Shown: positions 10,667-20,755 of the stretch, one piece after another
Layout of the letters: each line of letters starts with the position of its first letter
Position numbering within the stretch: the first letter of the stretch is position 1
From: Pseudomonas phage Pa_WF01
Sequence record: OQ848593.1
Strand: one strand, 5' to 3'
DNA length: 64,000 nucleotides
The notes under the pieces: generated by a model
Seen by the model: only the letters and a program-made list of their open reading frames with translations
Told to the model about the DNA's origin: nothing
Database searches by the model: none
Translations under genes and position numbers: made by a program

Positions 10667-13183
10667 TCAGCCACGAATAGCTGTTTTCAGTAGTTTGACT
10701 GCCGTGGTGACAGTCTTCTTATCGCCGAGTGCACGCCGCACTTCCGAGGTATTCAGAAGAGCTACTATGGGTGCTTCAGAGATCTTCTTCAGCATTTCCA
10801 GCACTTTCTTGTCGCCCGGAATTGCCTTGATCTTCTTGCCCAGTGCCTCCAAGGATTCCTTCTGCTCCTGTGTGAAGAAGCGGGAGTCCATGGAGTAGAC
10901 CGTGGTGAGCAATTCTTCAGCCGCAGGATCTTCAGGCTCCGGCAGTTTGAATACCTTACGGCACTCTTCCACCTGCATCATCTTCCTGATGAGATCAACG
11001 TATTCCGGGTCTTTCGCAGCATCCAACAACAAGGTGTAGCGAAGAGAGCAAGCCTTGCTGAACTCAGGTTTTTCAACCTCTTCCAGGAGCTTTACCAGCA
11101 GGAAGTCACGGGCACTTTTGACGCCCTTCTTCTCCATGTTGGCTTCTTGGGTTTCGGTGTACACAACTGCGCCCACATCGCCGAAATTCTTCAGCAGGTA
11201 GGCCGAGCACACCTTGTCCAAACCACGTACACACTTGCGGGTGTAGTAGTCGCTCTTGGTGGGGAGACGCACGTAGTAGGAGGGATTCTCCACCCGAGCT
11301 ACAGATTCCGTCCTTGCCATCTCCAGGGAGAAGATGCCGCTGCTATGGCAAGCCGAGAGCATCGGATATCCCTTCTTCCTTGGCTTGGACACGACTGGGG
11401 CAGCACCGGTCTTCGAGTCGTACTCGATTACCTCAGCTTCCTTGGTCAGGTCCAGTACTTCCCAGCCCTTCAGAGTACTCAGGGCTTTCCTGGCTTCCTC
11501 CACCTTCTTCATGCTACGCGGAACCACGTAAGCGATGAGGGCGTCGTCTGCACTGTAACCGCCTACCCACTCGTCGAGATCCTCCACACGGCTATGGATG
11601 TCACGACGGCTGTGCGTCAGGACAATACAGCGGCGGAACAGCGGCACATAGGACATCGGATTCTTCGACCAGTACGAAACCAACGGATACCCATTGTGGT
11701 TGTTGTAGTTCCGAACAGAATCCCCGTTGTGCAGGTGACGCCCAGCGCCGTACCAGATCAGCCTAGTGGGGCACAGCCCTTCTTCGTGGATCAGCGGCAA
11801 CAGCTTGGATACCAGGTGCTTCTGCCCCCACTTGCGTACTGCCAGTGCCTGCCAGGAATCCTTGCGGAACTTCGTGAGGTTCTCGAAGGTGGCACTAACG
11901 TAGTGATGGTGGGCAGATGCCATCCCAACCTTCTTCATCAGCCGGATGAGTGAAGGGTACAGGGTGTTTCCTTGGTTTCGCGGCTGCTTTCCTATGAGGG
12001 AAAGCTGTTGCAGCAGGGTCTTGAAGTTCTCCTTTTCATCCCGGCTATTCGAATGGTACAGCTGGCTCAAGCCAACCTCTTCCATGGTAGACATGAGTCC
12101 CTTGGTGGCCAGCCTGGACCCCTTCATGGAACTTACGAGCACGCGGTTAGCCGTTACTTCTTCAGGCCGCATCATACTGCCTGCCCTGGCTTGCACCAGT
12201 TCTTCACAGGACTTCGCCAGGATGTCGCTGCGTTCCTTGTTGATGTTCCGCGTTTCACGGAGGAACTTGTTGAGCAGCTGAAGAAGAGTCTTGCGGGTGT
12301 GGTCTTCCATGGACAGCGCTTCCCGAGACGGTGTGATCGACACCGAGTTCGGTTTGGCCTGGAGCACCAGCACGTTGACGTTGCCCGGCAGAGAGTTCAC
12401 GAACTTGTGCACAGGATCGTACACCTCGGCGATGAACTCATCCCGCTCTACGGGGTAGATGACATCGCCATAGCGGACACAGATGATGTGGCCGTTGTAT
12501 TCGAGCACCTGCTCGGTAGCGATGGACCAGTCCTTGGTTACCTGGGAGAAGGGCAGAGTGGGCAGCTTCACCCCGTTGAAGTTGGCCAGCATTTCGGCGT
12601 TGGCCACGATACGGCGAATCAGCGTACCGAATCGACGTACGTCTTCGTTCTTGATATTGATCCGTACTTCCAGACCGGTCTGGTCGGTAGGGATATCGGT
12701 CACCACCGGGGTGATGGCAGGACGGCCACCGTTCTGGATGGAAGCCTTCTGCATGCGGTAGACGTTGGTCTTTCCTTCGTGGTGAATGGTCACCTGGAAG
12801 TTGTCCACGTAGGCGAAGGGGGACTTGCACCCCAAACCAAAGCCGCCAGTCTGGGAACCGTCGTGCTTCTTGGTGGAGCCGCCGTAGACACCGTAAATGG
12901 TGCCCACGTCGTCGGGATGGATACCAGGTCCGAAGTCACGGATGACGAATTCGTCGTCCTTGAGGGTGATCTCGACTGGGGTCTCTTTCTCGATGCCTAC
13001 CATCTTGTGGGCATCGTAGGCGTTGCAGAGAGTTTCCCGGACGACGGCAAGAATCTTGTCCGTGTACAGGGAACTCGACAGAACTTGGAAGAAGGCCGGG
13101 TCATCACTGATGCCCATGGAAATTGCTTGCTTGCCGCCGATCACAACGTGAGTGGCGTAGTCTTTCTGATGAGTTACCTGCAT
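10667..13183 (-). CDS. rIIA: rIIA-like protein (838 aa) with an N-terminal GHKL/HATPase_c ATPase domain.
   Basis: N-box RETLCNAYDAH, G1 box IRDFGPGI, G2 box GGFGLG; size and phage context match rIIA. SD AGGAG precedes the ATG at 13183. Confidence 0.6.
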   Translation of the reverse strand: MQVTHQKDYATHVVIGGKQAISMGISDDPAFFQVLSSSLYTDKILAVVRETLCNAYDAHKMVGIEKETPVEITLKDDEFVIRDFGPGIHPDDVGTIYGVYGGSTKKHDGSQTGGFGLGCKSPFAYVDNFQVTIHHEGKTNVYRMQKASIQNGGRPAITPVVTDIPTDQTGLEVRINIKNEDVRRFGTLIRRIVANAEMLANFNGVKLPTLPFSQVTKDWSIATEQVLEYNGHIICVRYGDVIYPVERDEFIAEVYDPVHKFVNSLPGNVNVLVLQAKPNSVSITPSREALSMEDHTRKTLLQLLNKFLRETRNINKERSDILAKSCEELVQARAGSMMRPEEVTANRVLVSSMKGSRLATKGLMSTMEEVGLSQLYHSNSRDEKENFKTLLQQLSLIGKQPRNQGNTLYPSLIRLMKKVGMASAHHHYVSATFENLTKFRKDSWQALAVRKWGQKHLVSKLLPLIHEEGLCPTRLIWYGAGRHLHNGDSVRNYNNHNGYPLVSYWSKNPMSYVPLFRRCIVLTHSRRDIHSRVEDLDEWVGGYSADDALIAYVVPRSMKKVEEARKALSTLKGWEVLDLTKEAEVIEYDSKTGAAPVVSKPRKKGYPMLSACHSSGIFSLEMARTESVARVENPSYYVRLPTKSDYYTRKCVRGLDKVCSAYLLKNFGDVGAVVYTETQEANMEKKGVKSARDFLLVKLLEEVEKPEFSKACSLRYTLLLDAAKDPEYVDLIRKMMQVEECRKVFKLPEPEDPAAEELLTTVYSMDSRFFTQEQKESLEALGKKIKAIPGDKKVLEMLKKISEAPIVALLNTSEVRRALGDKKTVTTAVKLLKTAIRG

Positions 13184-13186
13184 GGA

Positions 13187-13531
13187 TTACTCCTTGGACT
13201 TGGCGCGTTTAGCGCGACGTTTCTGATTGGTGAGGTGAGTGACCATCTCCAGATGAGCGGGGTTGCAGCACAACCGTTGTCCGCAGAGATGGTCGATCTG
13301 TTTCTTACCCGGCACGTAGCCGAAGTAGTTGGTGAACATGACGATGTGGACGGCCACTGTCTGGCCGTCCAGGCTCATTCGCCCGTAACCACCGCCCCTG
13401 CCCGTACCCGAATCCGGGCCTTGCCAGAGGTGGCAGGGGCTGGGTTTTCCGTCGAGGATGAAGCCCGTGTCTTCGACTTTGCAGCGGGCTTCGATTCTCT
13501 CCCGGATTTCTTTCCTGCGTCCTTCGAACAC
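13187..13531 (-). CDS. Free-standing HNH homing endonuclease (114 aa, GTG start).
   Basis: Motifs GRGGGYGRMSLDG and HLCGQRLCCNPAHLEMVTHLTNQ (HNH with Cys pairs). SD AAGGAG 7 nt before the GTG at 13531. The N-terminus overlaps the upstream ORF. Confidence 0.75.
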   Translation of the reverse strand: MFEGRRKEIRERIEARCKVEDTGFILDGKPSPCHLWQGPDSGTGRGGGYGRMSLDGQTVAVHIVMFTNYFGYVPGKKQIDHLCGQRLCCNPAHLEMVTHLTNQKRRAKRAKSKE

Positions 13532-13773
13532 GGAGCTACTCCTTTGATGTGGGACATCAGTTTCTTCTTCGGCATCATCCGGTTCTCTGCCCGGAAGATG
13601 TCGTACTCTTTTTCGGACACCTGCTCATACCCTTCGGGCACAGGCAGTTGTCCCATGGTCCAGGTGTGGGTCATGCGAGTCACACGGTTGACGAAGAAAT
13701 ACCGTCCGTTGACAGGCGCATGACCCAACTTTCCTGGAGTCCAATCAGCTTTCAGTTTGGCTTTCTTCGCCAT
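13375..13773 (-). CDS. Hypothetical protein. Its first roughly 80 aa look genuine, but the C-terminal 50 aa are low-complexity and overlap the HNH gene by 157 nt. It may be a gene remodelled by the HNH insertion.
   Basis: SD AAGGAG 5 nt before the ATG at 13773. The overlapping tail is CSKDAGKKSGRESKPAAKSK... Confidence 0.35.
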   Translation of the reverse strand: MAKKAKLKADWTPGKLGHAPVNGRYFFVNRVTRMTHTWTMGQLPVPEGYEQVSEKEYDIFRAENRMMPKKKLMSHIKGVAPCSKDAGKKSGRESKPAAKSKTRASSSTENPAPATSGKARIRVRAGAVVTGE

Positions 13774-13947
13774 GATTACTCCTTATGCAGCACGTACATG
13801 CCTTTGATGTCGGTGCCCAAGATGTAACCCTTGGGCACTGTTGGTTTCCCATAGACAGCCTTGCCGGAAGCGATAGCAGCCTCAGCTTCTTCGATACCTC
13901 CGAAGTGCTTGATCATATGGTTGAAGGAAGCCCAGTAGGACTTCCGG

Positions 13948-14418
13948 TCAGTTAGCGAGCAGGGTTTTCGAGACAACGTAGTGACCCCCGTGTTCGGTGA
14001 TAAGGGAGTCCAGGGTGCTCCAACTCATGGCTTTCACATTGCCCATGGCCAGCACTGTCATCCCCTCGGGTTCATCGTGATCATCCCGGTACATCACGAG
14101 ATGAACACCATGAGTTGCGATCATTTCTGCACAGCGTACGCAAGGTGCCCGAGTGATCCATAGGACAGAATTGTCCAGGGGTACACCAGAGCGGGATGCC
14201 CAAGCCAAGATGTTGTGCTCGGCGTGGATAACCCCGTAGGGAGTGGTTTTGAAGCGGGTCTCTTCCCGAAGGTACTCGCCGTTCTCGCAACAGTTGTCGG
14301 TTCCAGGCATGGTGCCGTTCCACCCAGTGAAGAGGGCACCGGTCGTAGTGACCAGCACCCCTCCAACTTGATGGCGTTCAGCTACACTCTGCTTGGCCGC
14401 ATTCGTCGCTATCGACAT
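13948..14418 (-). CDS. dCMP (deoxycytidylate) deaminase (156 aa).
   Basis: Zinc-binding motifs HAEHNIL and PCVRCAEMI. SD AGGAGA 6 nt before the ATG at 14418; the track ORF extends to 14529 from an alternative start. Confidence 0.8.
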   Translation of the reverse strand: MSIATNAAKQSVAERHQVGGVLVTTTGALFTGWNGTMPGTDNCCENGEYLREETRFKTTPYGVIHAEHNILAWASRSGVPLDNSVLWITRAPCVRCAEMIATHGVHLVMYRDDHDEPEGMTVLAMGNVKAMSWSTLDSLITEHGGHYVVSKTLLAN

Positions 14419-14598
14419 GTACAGTCTCCTGTACTTCATCGACCTAGGGTCCGGGGCTTTCAGCACTGTTGATACCTCTCGCAAAGTCGCAGGCAGCCCA
14501 AAGGCCGCCGCATTCATGGACGAGCACACCGTCCTTACGCACGGCTATTACGCCTTGCGACACGGTGATCTCGTGGTCGTTTACCCAGCAGGTACTTG

Positions 14599-17217
14599 TC
14601 ACGCAGATTTCTCCTTCAGTGCAGCAGCATGCTCACGGCACTGTTCAATGAGACGTTCCTTGGTGATGGGATAGTCCAGGGTGCAGGCTTCACGCCAGCT
14701 GGGCCAGAAAATGTCCAGGTTGGCACCCAGAGGAACCCGCTTGTCATTGATCTTGGGGTCTTCCTGCCACGCCATGCACTTGCAGAGCGTGTTGTTGACC
14801 CACACAGTGACATCAGGATCGTCCGGCCACATCACGTAGATCGCATCGTGGATCAGAGAGATAATCTCTACCTTCAGCTTGTAGGGACTGGCCAGTAGCA
14901 GCTTGCGGAATTCCACAGCAGCACGGTTGGTCAGTAGACCCCAGGATTGGCCGGACACTGCGTTACCCGCACTACGGGATTCAGCAGCGGCCTCCTTGGG
15001 AGTCGCCTTCAAGCCAAGCATGGTGGACCCCAATAGCGGCGTTCTCAGCCGCAGGTTGAAGGCCAGTTCCACGTAGCCCGTCTTGGTTGCTTTGTCGATC
15101 TCACCAGCCACCCACTCATTGCTTACGCGATAGAGCTTGTTGTAGTTGGTTTCGATCTCCTGGGCTTCTTCATCCGAGAAACCTACCTGCCGCACCAGAC
15201 CCATCCAACTGCCCCCATACTGGAGCAGGAAGTGTGGAGTCTTGGCTTTGCTTCGCAGGTCTGGGTAGACCTTCTGGATCGAGTTGATGGAGTCAACCGT
15301 GTCTACGATCCCCTCGCACTTGTCCGGCCAGAACGCAAAGGTACGCATCGAGTGGCCATCGTAGCCATCGGTGTACACCTTGATTTTGTTCGGGTCTTGA
15401 GTGAGCAGGGCGTTGATCCGGTCTTCTAGTGCAGCGAAGTCCGCCCCTCCGAAGAGGAAGCCGGGCGGTGCACAGAAGAGAGACTTCACCAGCTTGCCGT
15501 AGGTCGAGCCAGCCGGAAGGTTTTGCAGGTTGGGATCAGACGAGGACAGCCGTCCAGAGATGGTTCCCCCAAGGTTGAAGGAGCCATGCAGGTACATCAT
15601 TCCGTCCGCCTTCATTCGACCCGCCTTGAAGGCTGGCATGAAAGCAGAGATGACCTTCTCTACGGCACCCAAGTCCATCAGAGCCTGGATGAGATCCTTG
15701 TACGGTTCCGCCTTGATGTGGTTCAGCAGCTTCTTCAGCGTACCCCCACTGGTGGAGGGTTGCTTGGTCGCCGTCACGTCCAGTACAGGAAGGTATAGGA
15801 CTTCATGCAGCAGACGAGCCACTTGTGGACCAGAGTTGGGGTTGAACCGAATGTGCGAAAACTTGCTCAGCGGATGCTGGATAGTCTTCAGCTTGGCATT
15901 GGCCTTTTCCATCTCACTGGTTTGGATCAGTACCTCTACCCTGGCGACTGCGGGATGGCTCATCACAGTGTTGTGGTACCCGTCCCGCAGGCTATTCAGT
16001 TCAGTATTGACCTCTGCGATCTTCTTCGGATCCATGGGCATGCCCACGAGTTCCATCTGAATAATCAGGTCCAAGCTGTCCTTGAACAGGCCGTGGTAGA
16101 GAGCTTCCTGCTGGTCTTGCACCATGATGGGGTAATACTTGTTCTTCACCCATACGGTCGTCACCGCATCCACCGCGTTGTACTTCATGAGATCTTCCAG
16201 CTGAATCAGCCGGATGTCCTTGATCTCGTCCTGAGCCCAGTTACCCGCATGCTCCTGCCCCAGGTCTTTCAGGGAGTAGCTGACATCAGCGGTTGAGTTC
16301 AGTGCGAGGTACGCGATGATCTTGGTGTCGTCCATCCGTGGAGTCATGATCTCCAAGCCACGGTGCATGCCCTCTTTGTCGAGGTCATGCTCCATGAATA
16401 GGGTGTAGATCAGAACCTTCACGTCATGGTTTGCACGGTGGTAGATGATTCGCCCAGGGTACTCGGTGAAGAACCACTTGAGCACTTCCCGCATCTCTGC
16501 GTTCGGCTCGTAGTAACCGTGGTGCTTGTTCTCGTCCTGGATCATCTCCCTGTAGTCACACTGGATCTGCACAGCATCGTGCTCGTTCCAGGCGAAGCCA
16601 ATGGTGGCAATGCCGGAGTCGAACATGCTGAGACTGAAGCCTTCGATGTCACAGGATATCTCCGGCTTGTCCATGAGCCTGGACAGAGCTTCCCTGGCTT
16701 GACTGACATGGCCCCGGTAGATGTACGTGACATTGTGCAGCAGGTCAGATCCGACAGGCCGATACACGCCATTGGCATGGTCAACGATGGCTTTGAAGCC
16801 ACGGCTTAGCTTGTGCATCTGCCCTGGATCGAACAACAGCACCTGATGGTTTACGCCCGGAGTCACCAGGTACCCAGGATCGTAGCCAGCAGGGGGCGAC
16901 AGGTTGCCGAAGTCGGCGTCCGTCTTCCGCTTGGTCCACTCCTTGAAGTACTTGGAGTCAGCCACGTAGGCATACTGGACTCCGAGATCCCGCAGTAGCT
17001 GGTCGCGATCCTTGATGCACTCCTTGATCGCCTTGGCAGATACCTTCTTGCCCTCGTAATCCAGTGAGATCACGATGACATTCTTGCGGGGAACACCAAG
17101 CCCTTCCAGCTGCTTGATGTAGGTGGATTCAGCGGCTGACCGACTCACCGCTGCCTCCTTGATCAGGATAGCCACAGGGTAGCTATCCTGTTCTTCCCAG
17201 GTGATGTACTTCATCAC
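14599..17217 (-). CDS. Family A DNA polymerase with a 3'-5' exonuclease domain (872 aa).
   Basis: Exo I motif CDIEGFSL; Pol motif A GADFAALEDR; motif B RSKAKTPHFLLQYGG; motif C IISLIHDAIY. ATGA coupling to the upstream gene. Confidence 0.9.
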   Translation of the reverse strand: MMKYITWEEQDSYPVAILIKEAAVSRSAAESTYIKQLEGLGVPRKNVIVISLDYEGKKVSAKAIKECIKDRDQLLRDLGVQYAYVADSKYFKEWTKRKTDADFGNLSPPAGYDPGYLVTPGVNHQVLLFDPGQMHKLSRGFKAIVDHANGVYRPVGSDLLHNVTYIYRGHVSQAREALSRLMDKPEISCDIEGFSLSMFDSGIATIGFAWNEHDAVQIQCDYREMIQDENKHHGYYEPNAEMREVLKWFFTEYPGRIIYHRANHDVKVLIYTLFMEHDLDKEGMHRGLEIMTPRMDDTKIIAYLALNSTADVSYSLKDLGQEHAGNWAQDEIKDIRLIQLEDLMKYNAVDAVTTVWVKNKYYPIMVQDQQEALYHGLFKDSLDLIIQMELVGMPMDPKKIAEVNTELNSLRDGYHNTVMSHPAVARVEVLIQTSEMEKANAKLKTIQHPLSKFSHIRFNPNSGPQVARLLHEVLYLPVLDVTATKQPSTSGGTLKKLLNHIKAEPYKDLIQALMDLGAVEKVISAFMPAFKAGRMKADGMMYLHGSFNLGGTISGRLSSSDPNLQNLPAGSTYGKLVKSLFCAPPGFLFGGADFAALEDRINALLTQDPNKIKVYTDGYDGHSMRTFAFWPDKCEGIVDTVDSINSIQKVYPDLRSKAKTPHFLLQYGGSWMGLVRQVGFSDEEAQEIETNYNKLYRVSNEWVAGEIDKATKTGYVELAFNLRLRTPLLGSTMLGLKATPKEAAAESRSAGNAVSGQSWGLLTNRAAVEFRKLLLASPYKLKVEIISLIHDAIYVMWPDDPDVTVWVNNTLCKCMAWQEDPKINDKRVPLGANLDIFWPSWREACTLDYPITKERLIEQCREHAAALKEKSA

Positions 17218-17741
17218 AGTCCTCCTAGTACAAGGTTAATCCCAACACGGGTGCAGAGCTTATCCCAACCCGCTTGGTTTGAACCTATGGGACTTTCGGT
17301 CGGGAATTCCACCCCTTCCACCGGCAAGCCAAAGTGCTCATAGACCCTCTTCAGAGGCTCCCGTAAACCACTTGGGAACATCTTGAGGTACTCCGACGGT
17401 TCGTCAGATTTGTTGAGCACTTGGCTGATGAACGTGAGCACAGAGTCACGCTCGTCGGATAACACCGGGTCGTACTCTGCCAACAGACTGTCAACGAGTA
17501 CTCGGTTGCTACGACTCAGCCTGGGAAAGTAGCGGAAGTTGGGCTTCTCTCCAGGGATCATGAAGTTGCGTCCACGATGGCAGAACGCCCGGATGCCATC
17601 ACCTCGGGCTACAGCATCCGCGATGATCAGTTCGTTCATCCGCTCCTGGAAAGCCTTCCTCACCGGAGCATAGAGGAAGTGATCCAAGCAGTCCTTCACT
17701 GCCCTCTTGAAGATCAGGAACTCCGGGGTTCTCGCTTGCAT
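17214..17741 (-). CDS. Hypothetical protein (175 aa), translationally coupled between the helicase and the polymerase.
   Basis: TGATG overlap with the helicase stop and ATGA overlap with the polymerase start. Confidence 0.6.
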   Translation of the reverse strand: MQARTPEFLIFKRAVKDCLDHFLYAPVRKAFQERMNELIIADAVARGDGIRAFCHRGRNFMIPGEKPNFRYFPRLSRSNRVLVDSLLAEYDPVLSDERDSVLTFISQVLNKSDEPSEYLKMFPSGLREPLKRVYEHFGLPVEGVEFPTESPIGSNQAGWDKLCTRVGINLVLGGL

Positions 17742-19078
17742 CACATGTCTCCTGTCATGACCACCCGTCTACGTGCTCGGCTGAAGCCAACATAAAGAAG
17801 GCGTGCCAGGGCGTTCGGGCGGTGTACCTTGCCACAGATGTTGTCCAGGTCGATGAACACCGTATCGTAGGTGGAGCCCTGCGACTTGTTCACGGTGCAC
17901 GAGAAGGCAGGCCGAAGGTCTACCCAGTTCTGGTCGATCAGCTGAAGGATCTTGTAATCCTCTTCTTTCCGAGCCAGCTTCTCCCGGTCCTTGCGGTCCT
18001 TGAGGGACTTGGGCAGGAAGAAGCTGCTGTTGTGGTGCATCAGCTTCACGAGGTAGCCGTCCACGTCAAACTCTCTGGTTGGACGAATGTCTTCGATCAC
18101 CACCTCGGATCCGTTGGACAGCTGGGCATGCTTGTTGATGACGGCTTCGTTCACCAGCATCTTCTGACCTACCTGCGGATCGCTGGAGCCAAGCAGCAGT
18201 TGGGAGAAGTGCTTGTTGTACTCGGTCACACAGGCATTGGTGTAAGCCAATACCTTGGTGCTGCCGTGCACCTGGGGGTTCTGGAAGGCTTCTTCCGCCA
18301 TCTCTACGAACTTGTCCCGTGGTACATGGATCAGCTGGTCACCGTCCAACTGGATCTTCGGCCACTCACCCGTCTTCACCGTGTGGCGGAAAGCGTTGCA
18401 GAGGTCCAACAGGGGACCACTGTTCTGCCGCTTGACCTCGGTCAGTTCCACCACGATGTCCTTCATGGCGAAGGCAGGCATGATGTTGGTACCGACCGGA
18501 GTCAGCTGGCAATCGTCGCCGACGAAGATGAATTTGCAGCAGTCCGTTCTGTCGAAGCAGAACTGGAGCAGCGCAGGGTCGATGTAGCTGGCTTCGTCCA
18601 CCACGATCAGGCAACGGAACGGAATGTCGAAGTTGCGGATGGGCATCAGTTCGCTCTTGCCCGTCTTGTAGTCGGTGCGGAGACGAAGGCCCAATGCCCG
18701 GTGGATGGTCTTGACCTCGTGGTTGAACTCCTTCATGGCCACCGCCAGAGCATCACATGCTTGGTTTGTGGTGGCTGTCAGCAGGGGTTCGAACGGCTCG
18801 AAGTTGTCGTCCAGGGTAGACAGGGCGCGATCCAGAGTCTCCATCTCGTCTAGGATTCGACGAATCAGAGTGGACTTGCCAGTTCCTGACCAGCCCTTGA
18901 GGACCATAACCTGGGCGTCGGGGTTGGTGTAGAAGTTGATGAAGGTCTGAAACCCGGCTTCCTGGCCGGGCGTCAGCACGAAGGGAGCAGGCTTGTCTAC
19001 TCCTTCGGATCGAACAGGATCACTTGCCCGTACGGGGCTGTCCAGTTCGATTTCCTGTTGTACGGGTGTATCAACCAT
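17741..19078 (-). CDS. Dda/RecD-like superfamily 1 DNA helicase (445 aa).
   Basis: Walker A GWSGTGKST; motif FIFVGDDCQLTPVG; C-terminal YVGFSRARRRVVM. Confidence 0.8.
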   Translation of the reverse strand: MVDTPVQQEIELDSPVRASDPVRSEGVDKPAPFVLTPGQEAGFQTFINFYTNPDAQVMVLKGWSGTGKSTLIRRILDEMETLDRALSTLDDNFEPFEPLLTATTNQACDALAVAMKEFNHEVKTIHRALGLRLRTDYKTGKSELMPIRNFDIPFRCLIVVDEASYIDPALLQFCFDRTDCCKFIFVGDDCQLTPVGTNIMPAFAMKDIVVELTEVKRQNSGPLLDLCNAFRHTVKTGEWPKIQLDGDQLIHVPRDKFVEMAEEAFQNPQVHGSTKVLAYTNACVTEYNKHFSQLLLGSSDPQVGQKMLVNEAVINKHAQLSNGSEVVIEDIRPTREFDVDGYLVKLMHHNSSFFLPKSLKDRKDREKLARKEEDYKILQLIDQNWVDLRPAFSCTVNKSQGSTYDTVFIDLDNICGKVHRPNALARLLYVGFSRARRRVVMTGDM

Positions 19079-20226
19079 AGAATTGGTACTCCTGGGTTGT
19101 CGTTGTAGTGGTGAAACTCCCCATCAGAGAACACCACCAATGCATGGGGTTTGTTCTCTGCGGCCCACTTCATCACCGGGGCGATGGAGGTGCCACCTCG
19201 CCCCCTCAACTCTATGTTCATGAGGGCATTGAGGTTGGGGACCGTATCCACCGAACGGATGGAAGCGTCGAACTGGATGATATCCAGTTGTGTTGGTTTC
19301 AGCGTGACGAAGATGTTGGCGATCTCCGACAGGTAACGACGGATCTCTTCGTTGCTGACCGATGCCGACAGGTCCATTGCGATGGCAATCCGAAGGAGTG
19401 CCTTACCGCGACGAGACGGCAGGTAGTACCGGTTGATCAACCGGCGGTTGGGACGTGCCCAAGTGAAGCCACCACGCTTGACCACCTGGAAGAACTGACG
19501 CAGCAGGTGAGGCAGGGGCAGCTTCGGGAACATCAGGCTGTCGATGAACACCTGCACTTCCCCTGGGATGGAGCCAGGGTTGCCATTGGCACGGGCAGCA
19601 GTAGCAGCACTGAGGATCAGATCGTTGATGGCTCCCTGGATCTCCGTCTCGGACATGGGGGTACCATCGTCCTTGGTCGGTGCAGGCCGGGAGATGTCAT
19701 CGAACGGCACCGGGTTACCACTGCCGCTATTTCCCTGCATTGGTGAAGACAAGCCACCACCACCTTGGGTCTGCTGCTCCTGATAGAGGGCAGCGTAGAC
19801 ATCCTCGGTGGACATGTCGGCGAACTTCGGATCGCACACCCAGTTGCACTTGGCACCAGTCCTGTAGTCCGTCCAGGAAATGGGACCGTACCCACAAGCC
19901 AACAAGTTGTTGTTGATCACGTGGTCCCCTGCGATGTTGTACATCTTGGGGTCACGGTCACCCATACGGACTTTACCGATGTGATGCCGCCAGACGTGTT
20001 CGATCTCGTGGAGGATCACGGCCTTTCGGCTCGTTTCATCCAGGGACATGAAGAACTTGGGATCGATGAACATGGTCACGCCGTCAATGGCAGCAGTACC
20101 CATGCCCTCTTCCCACACGTACTTCAGACCCATCATGATGTTGGCGTAGAAACTCACCTTGGAGTCTCCGATGATGCGAATCTTCGCCTTGGAAAGGGCG
20201 ATGTCTTCAGCAGAACGATCACTCAT
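18997..20226 (-). CDS. vWA-domain protein (409 aa) with an N-terminal HExxH metallopeptidase-like (DUF2201-type) domain. It is the partner of the MoxR-like ATPase.
   Basis: HEIEHVWRHH zinc motif; MIDAS-like AMDLSASVS; VVFSDGEFHH. TAATG coupling to the upstream ORF. Confidence 0.7.
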   Translation of the reverse strand: MSDRSAEDIALSKAKIRIIGDSKVSFYANIMMGLKYVWEEGMGTAAIDGVTMFIDPKFFMSLDETSRKAVILHEIEHVWRHHIGKVRMGDRDPKMYNIAGDHVINNNLLACGYGPISWTDYRTGAKCNWVCDPKFADMSTEDVYAALYQEQQTQGGGGLSSPMQGNSGSGNPVPFDDISRPAPTKDDGTPMSETEIQGAINDLILSAATAARANGNPGSIPGEVQVFIDSLMFPKLPLPHLLRQFFQVVKRGGFTWARPNRRLINRYYLPSRRGKALLRIAIAMDLSASVSNEEIRRYLSEIANIFVTLKPTQLDIIQFDASIRSVDTVPNLNALMNIELRGRGGTSIAPVMKWAAENKPHALVVFSDGEFHHYNDNPGVPILWLIHPYNRKSNWTAPYGQVILFDPKE

Positions 20227-20744
20227 TACTCACCTCCGATGATGGCCATCGCCTTAGCGAACTTGCACCACTCAACTTGATTGTGGGTTTCAGGTATTAA
20301 GGAAACAACAGCCAGAGACTGGGCCACGAAAACTTCTTCTTCGTCAAAAATCCAGTGACCATTTAGTGGATTGGTTATTCTTATTAGCTCCACCACTTCA
20401 TTAATTGAAGCTGCGGTACCACCTAGTCGAGAGTAACTCAGGTTGTATTGGCTTTCACTATTACGGCAGTGACCCACATAAAGACCAGGTGTTACATATG
20501 AGCCGTCTGGGGGCTTAACGGTAACTACGTACGGACAAAATTCAGATGCTAGTTTTTCTAGTACTGATTTAGTACCGAGCTTGATCCCGTTCTGGATATC
20601 TTTTTCATAAATGCTAACTCTCCAGCCTTCGAATTCTCCAGTGAGTAGTCGATTGGGGGAGTCGCTGTTTGCATACTCGTCAACTATTGCTTGACCTGTG
20701 AGGTCTTCTTGACGAACCATAAAAAGTTCCCATCGACCACTCAC
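20226..20744 (-). CDS. Hypothetical protein (about 172 aa, GTG start) in an AT-rich island between the MoxR and vWA genes.
   Basis: Low third-position GC (TTA/AAA/ATT codons) compared with its neighbours. SD AGGAG lies directly after the MoxR stop; start at GTG 20744. Confidence 0.5.
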   Translation of the reverse strand: MSGRWELFMVRQEDLTGQAIVDEYANSDSPNRLLTGEFEGWRVSIYEKDIQNGIKLGTKSVLEKLASEFCPYVVTVKPPDGSYVTPGLYVGHCRNSESQYNLSYSRLGGTAASINEVVELIRITNPLNGHWIFDEEEVFVAQSLAVVSLIPETHNQVEWCKFAKAMAIIGGE

Positions 20745-20755
20745 TGGATTCTCCT

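Noticed and set aside
8820-13723. Long plus-strand ORFs (692 and 583 aa) antisense to the rIIB-like and rIIA-like genes.
   Set aside because: Low-complexity Arg/Leu/Gly-rich translations with no motifs and no SD. The minus-strand genes carry GHKL motifs and the expected codon bias.
13776-13976. A 66-aa minus-strand ORF between the dCMP deaminase gene and 13375-13773.
   Set aside because: It begins with a TTG, has no SD, and overlaps the deaminase stop. Its internal ATG also lacks an SD, so it is not reported as a gene.
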